Positions 62,701-64,000 of a DNA stretch of 64,000 nucleotides are shown here, piece after piece. Each line of letters opens with the position of its first letter. The stretch's first letter is position 1. The notes beneath the pieces are model-generated. The model saw only the letters and a program-made list of their open reading frames with translations, was not told the DNA's origin and ran no database searches. The translations under genes were made by a program, and so were the position numbers. The stretch comes from Chlorokybus atmophyticus (lineage: Eukaryota > Plantae > Mesostigma and Chlorokybus algae): contig RHPI01000260.1 of NCBI GenBank assembly GCA_009103225.1, positions 692,203 to 756,202 of the forward strand. Direction: 5' to 3'.

Positions 62701-64000
62701 GAACCCCTGCCATTATTCTACACTGTGTTCATGGATATTGAGTTTGTCACGCATCACAGCAGCGTTGAGGATTTTGGCATCACCAACGAGTGCTTTATAG
62801 ACTTATAGACTGAAGGATATCCTGGTCGGCCACAACAAGCCATTGCCTTTTTGGAATATGGTGGTCCTCGTGGACGACGACCATCTTAGCAGCGTGGTGC
62901 AGATACTCATACAGGATGCCTTTGCTGAGGAGACATCCGCTTACCACCACGCCAGCAGCAGTAAGTCGTTGTGTTCTAGGATATGCAAGGTCTAGTAACC
63001 TGATGTAGCAACTGAGGCTGCTGTGTTGTCTTCCGCAGAGCAATTGGCTTTCCCACGTACTTTGCATCTCGGGCAAGCAACAACCATGTGGTGGTTACCT
63101 TGCCGTTTCAAGGACAAAGACAATAATGTTGGGTTGCACCACGCAAACCTTGAGCGCTTTTATCAGAGCGTGTGGACCCGAATGGGCGGTGTCGGTAGCC
63201 GGCATATTTATGCTTTGCCACGCAAGTTGAGCCTTCCCAGCTATTACGACGATCAACCTACTATTCCGCAATTGAGAGAAAACCTGCCTCTCCTCCAGAT
63301 CTGAAGAGCAGGGTTGATGCCAGGATGGCGCTGATCAAGGTTGATGAGGGTCGAGATCTGCTAGAGATTCTGCTCGACGCCAGGGCAGTAGCTGACCGCA
63401 GAAATGCTTTGCTCACTAACGTAATGCGGAGTTGTTGGACCGCTCAAATGGCGAAGTTCCAAAGTAAGATGGTCAACCAAGCTCAGCGATTCTCTCGGAA
63501 GTTTGCTCTCGACTATTTGCCTTATCGCAAGGACACCAGTGAGATGTTCTTCTTGGACCTTGGTGTTGGTGCTGCGGGCTTTGCAACGTATGCCCTAAAG
63601 CAAGGGTACAGCGGATTTCTTGTAGACCCTGACCACCTGCATCCACGCTTTGAGTGTGTATTGCGGAAAGTTTAGCAAAGCCTACGAGGAGCTGGTAAGC
63701 AGAGTGTGCACTTTGAGTTAATGGACCTCTCATATTTCAGCTCTCTGGCTGACCACTTTGCTTGCGTAGGAGAAGCACAACTACGGACTGGATAGCGAGT
63801 ACAGGGCACTTACAGGAGAACCCGCAGTGACGCCTGTGCCGCTTCCACGAGTCAAGACGCATGCGGCCATTGCCAAGGACATTGTGCGTGAAATGTTCAC
63901 AGGGTTCAACCACAACTCCGCTCGGCACCTTGCGATGCTGGGTCAGTGGCTGACCAAGGACAATGCTGCGCAAGAAGCTGGGGGTGACGATAAGTTCAAG
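59764..64000 (+). pseudogene. Decayed multi-exon gene with ParB/Srx-like and beta-class amino-methyltransferase-like segments; runs off the window
   Basis: Phase-consistent exons (e.g. 61234-61368, 61490-61863, 61932-62063, 62198 onward). ParB-like FNVPVDRMMLARPGHSVRTVTEARLKIVEGEI...QFEILCENNLL; motif-IV-like FYTVFMDIEF (~62716-62745); motif-I-like FLDLGVGAAGFATYALKQGYSGFLVDPD (~63550-63633). Multiple TAG stops and frameshifts. Domain calls are remote pattern matches. Confidence 0.5.
59884..60225. repeat. Array 2: about eight ~41-bp units, each a 24-bp palindrome (consensus GGAGGTTCAAGATCTTGAACCTCC) plus linker CTTAGCTGCCTGTTCTT
   Basis: Palindromes at ~59894, 59931, 59972, 60014, 60055, 60096, 60136 and 60180. 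Confidence 0.9.

Noticed and set aside
52947-64000. Alternative genetic code (TAA/TAG = Gln) explaining the in-frame stops
   Set aside because: Host genes in the window (SF3B4, HCF244, RPS3, BDP1) end in TAG or TAA, and the TE genes also contain frameshifts and TGA stops, so decay is the simpler explanation.

Overview
Eukaryotic nuclear DNA with short GT-AG introns and about 50% GC, most likely a streptophyte (charophyte) green alga (inferred from plant-type HCF244, TSO1/TCX and FLK-like genes). Bases 1-41,000 are gene-dense: SF3B4, a GT29 sialyltransferase-like gene, HCF244, a tesmin/TSO1-like CXC gene, an FLK/PEP-like KH gene, RPS3, BDP1, VPS52, VTI1 and an orphan membrane-protein gene. This part also holds a 5'-truncated RLE-type non-LTR retrotransposon and a perfect 2,160-bp tandem duplication around a single N, probably an assembly artefact. 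Bases ~42,600-64,000 are a nest of mobile DNA. (i) A 9.2-kb three-LTR Ty3/gypsy chromovirus composite bounded by one GCATG target-site duplication, carrying a 1.6-kb inverted copy of its own pol and a possible degenerate Dam-like domain between gag and protease. (ii) A decayed, intron-containing Sola-type DDD transposase gene. (iii) Inside it, a 539-bp TRIM that shares the chromovirus PPT/LTR start and has tRNA-type Pol III A/B boxes split across the LTR/PBS junction. (iv) A divergently oriented, decayed multi-exon gene with ParB/Srx-like and beta-class amino-methyltransferase-like segments. (v) Arrays of GATC-centred palindromes lying in predicted introns of these last two genes, plus other long hairpins. 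All calls come from manual reading and motif recognition; no database searches were run.
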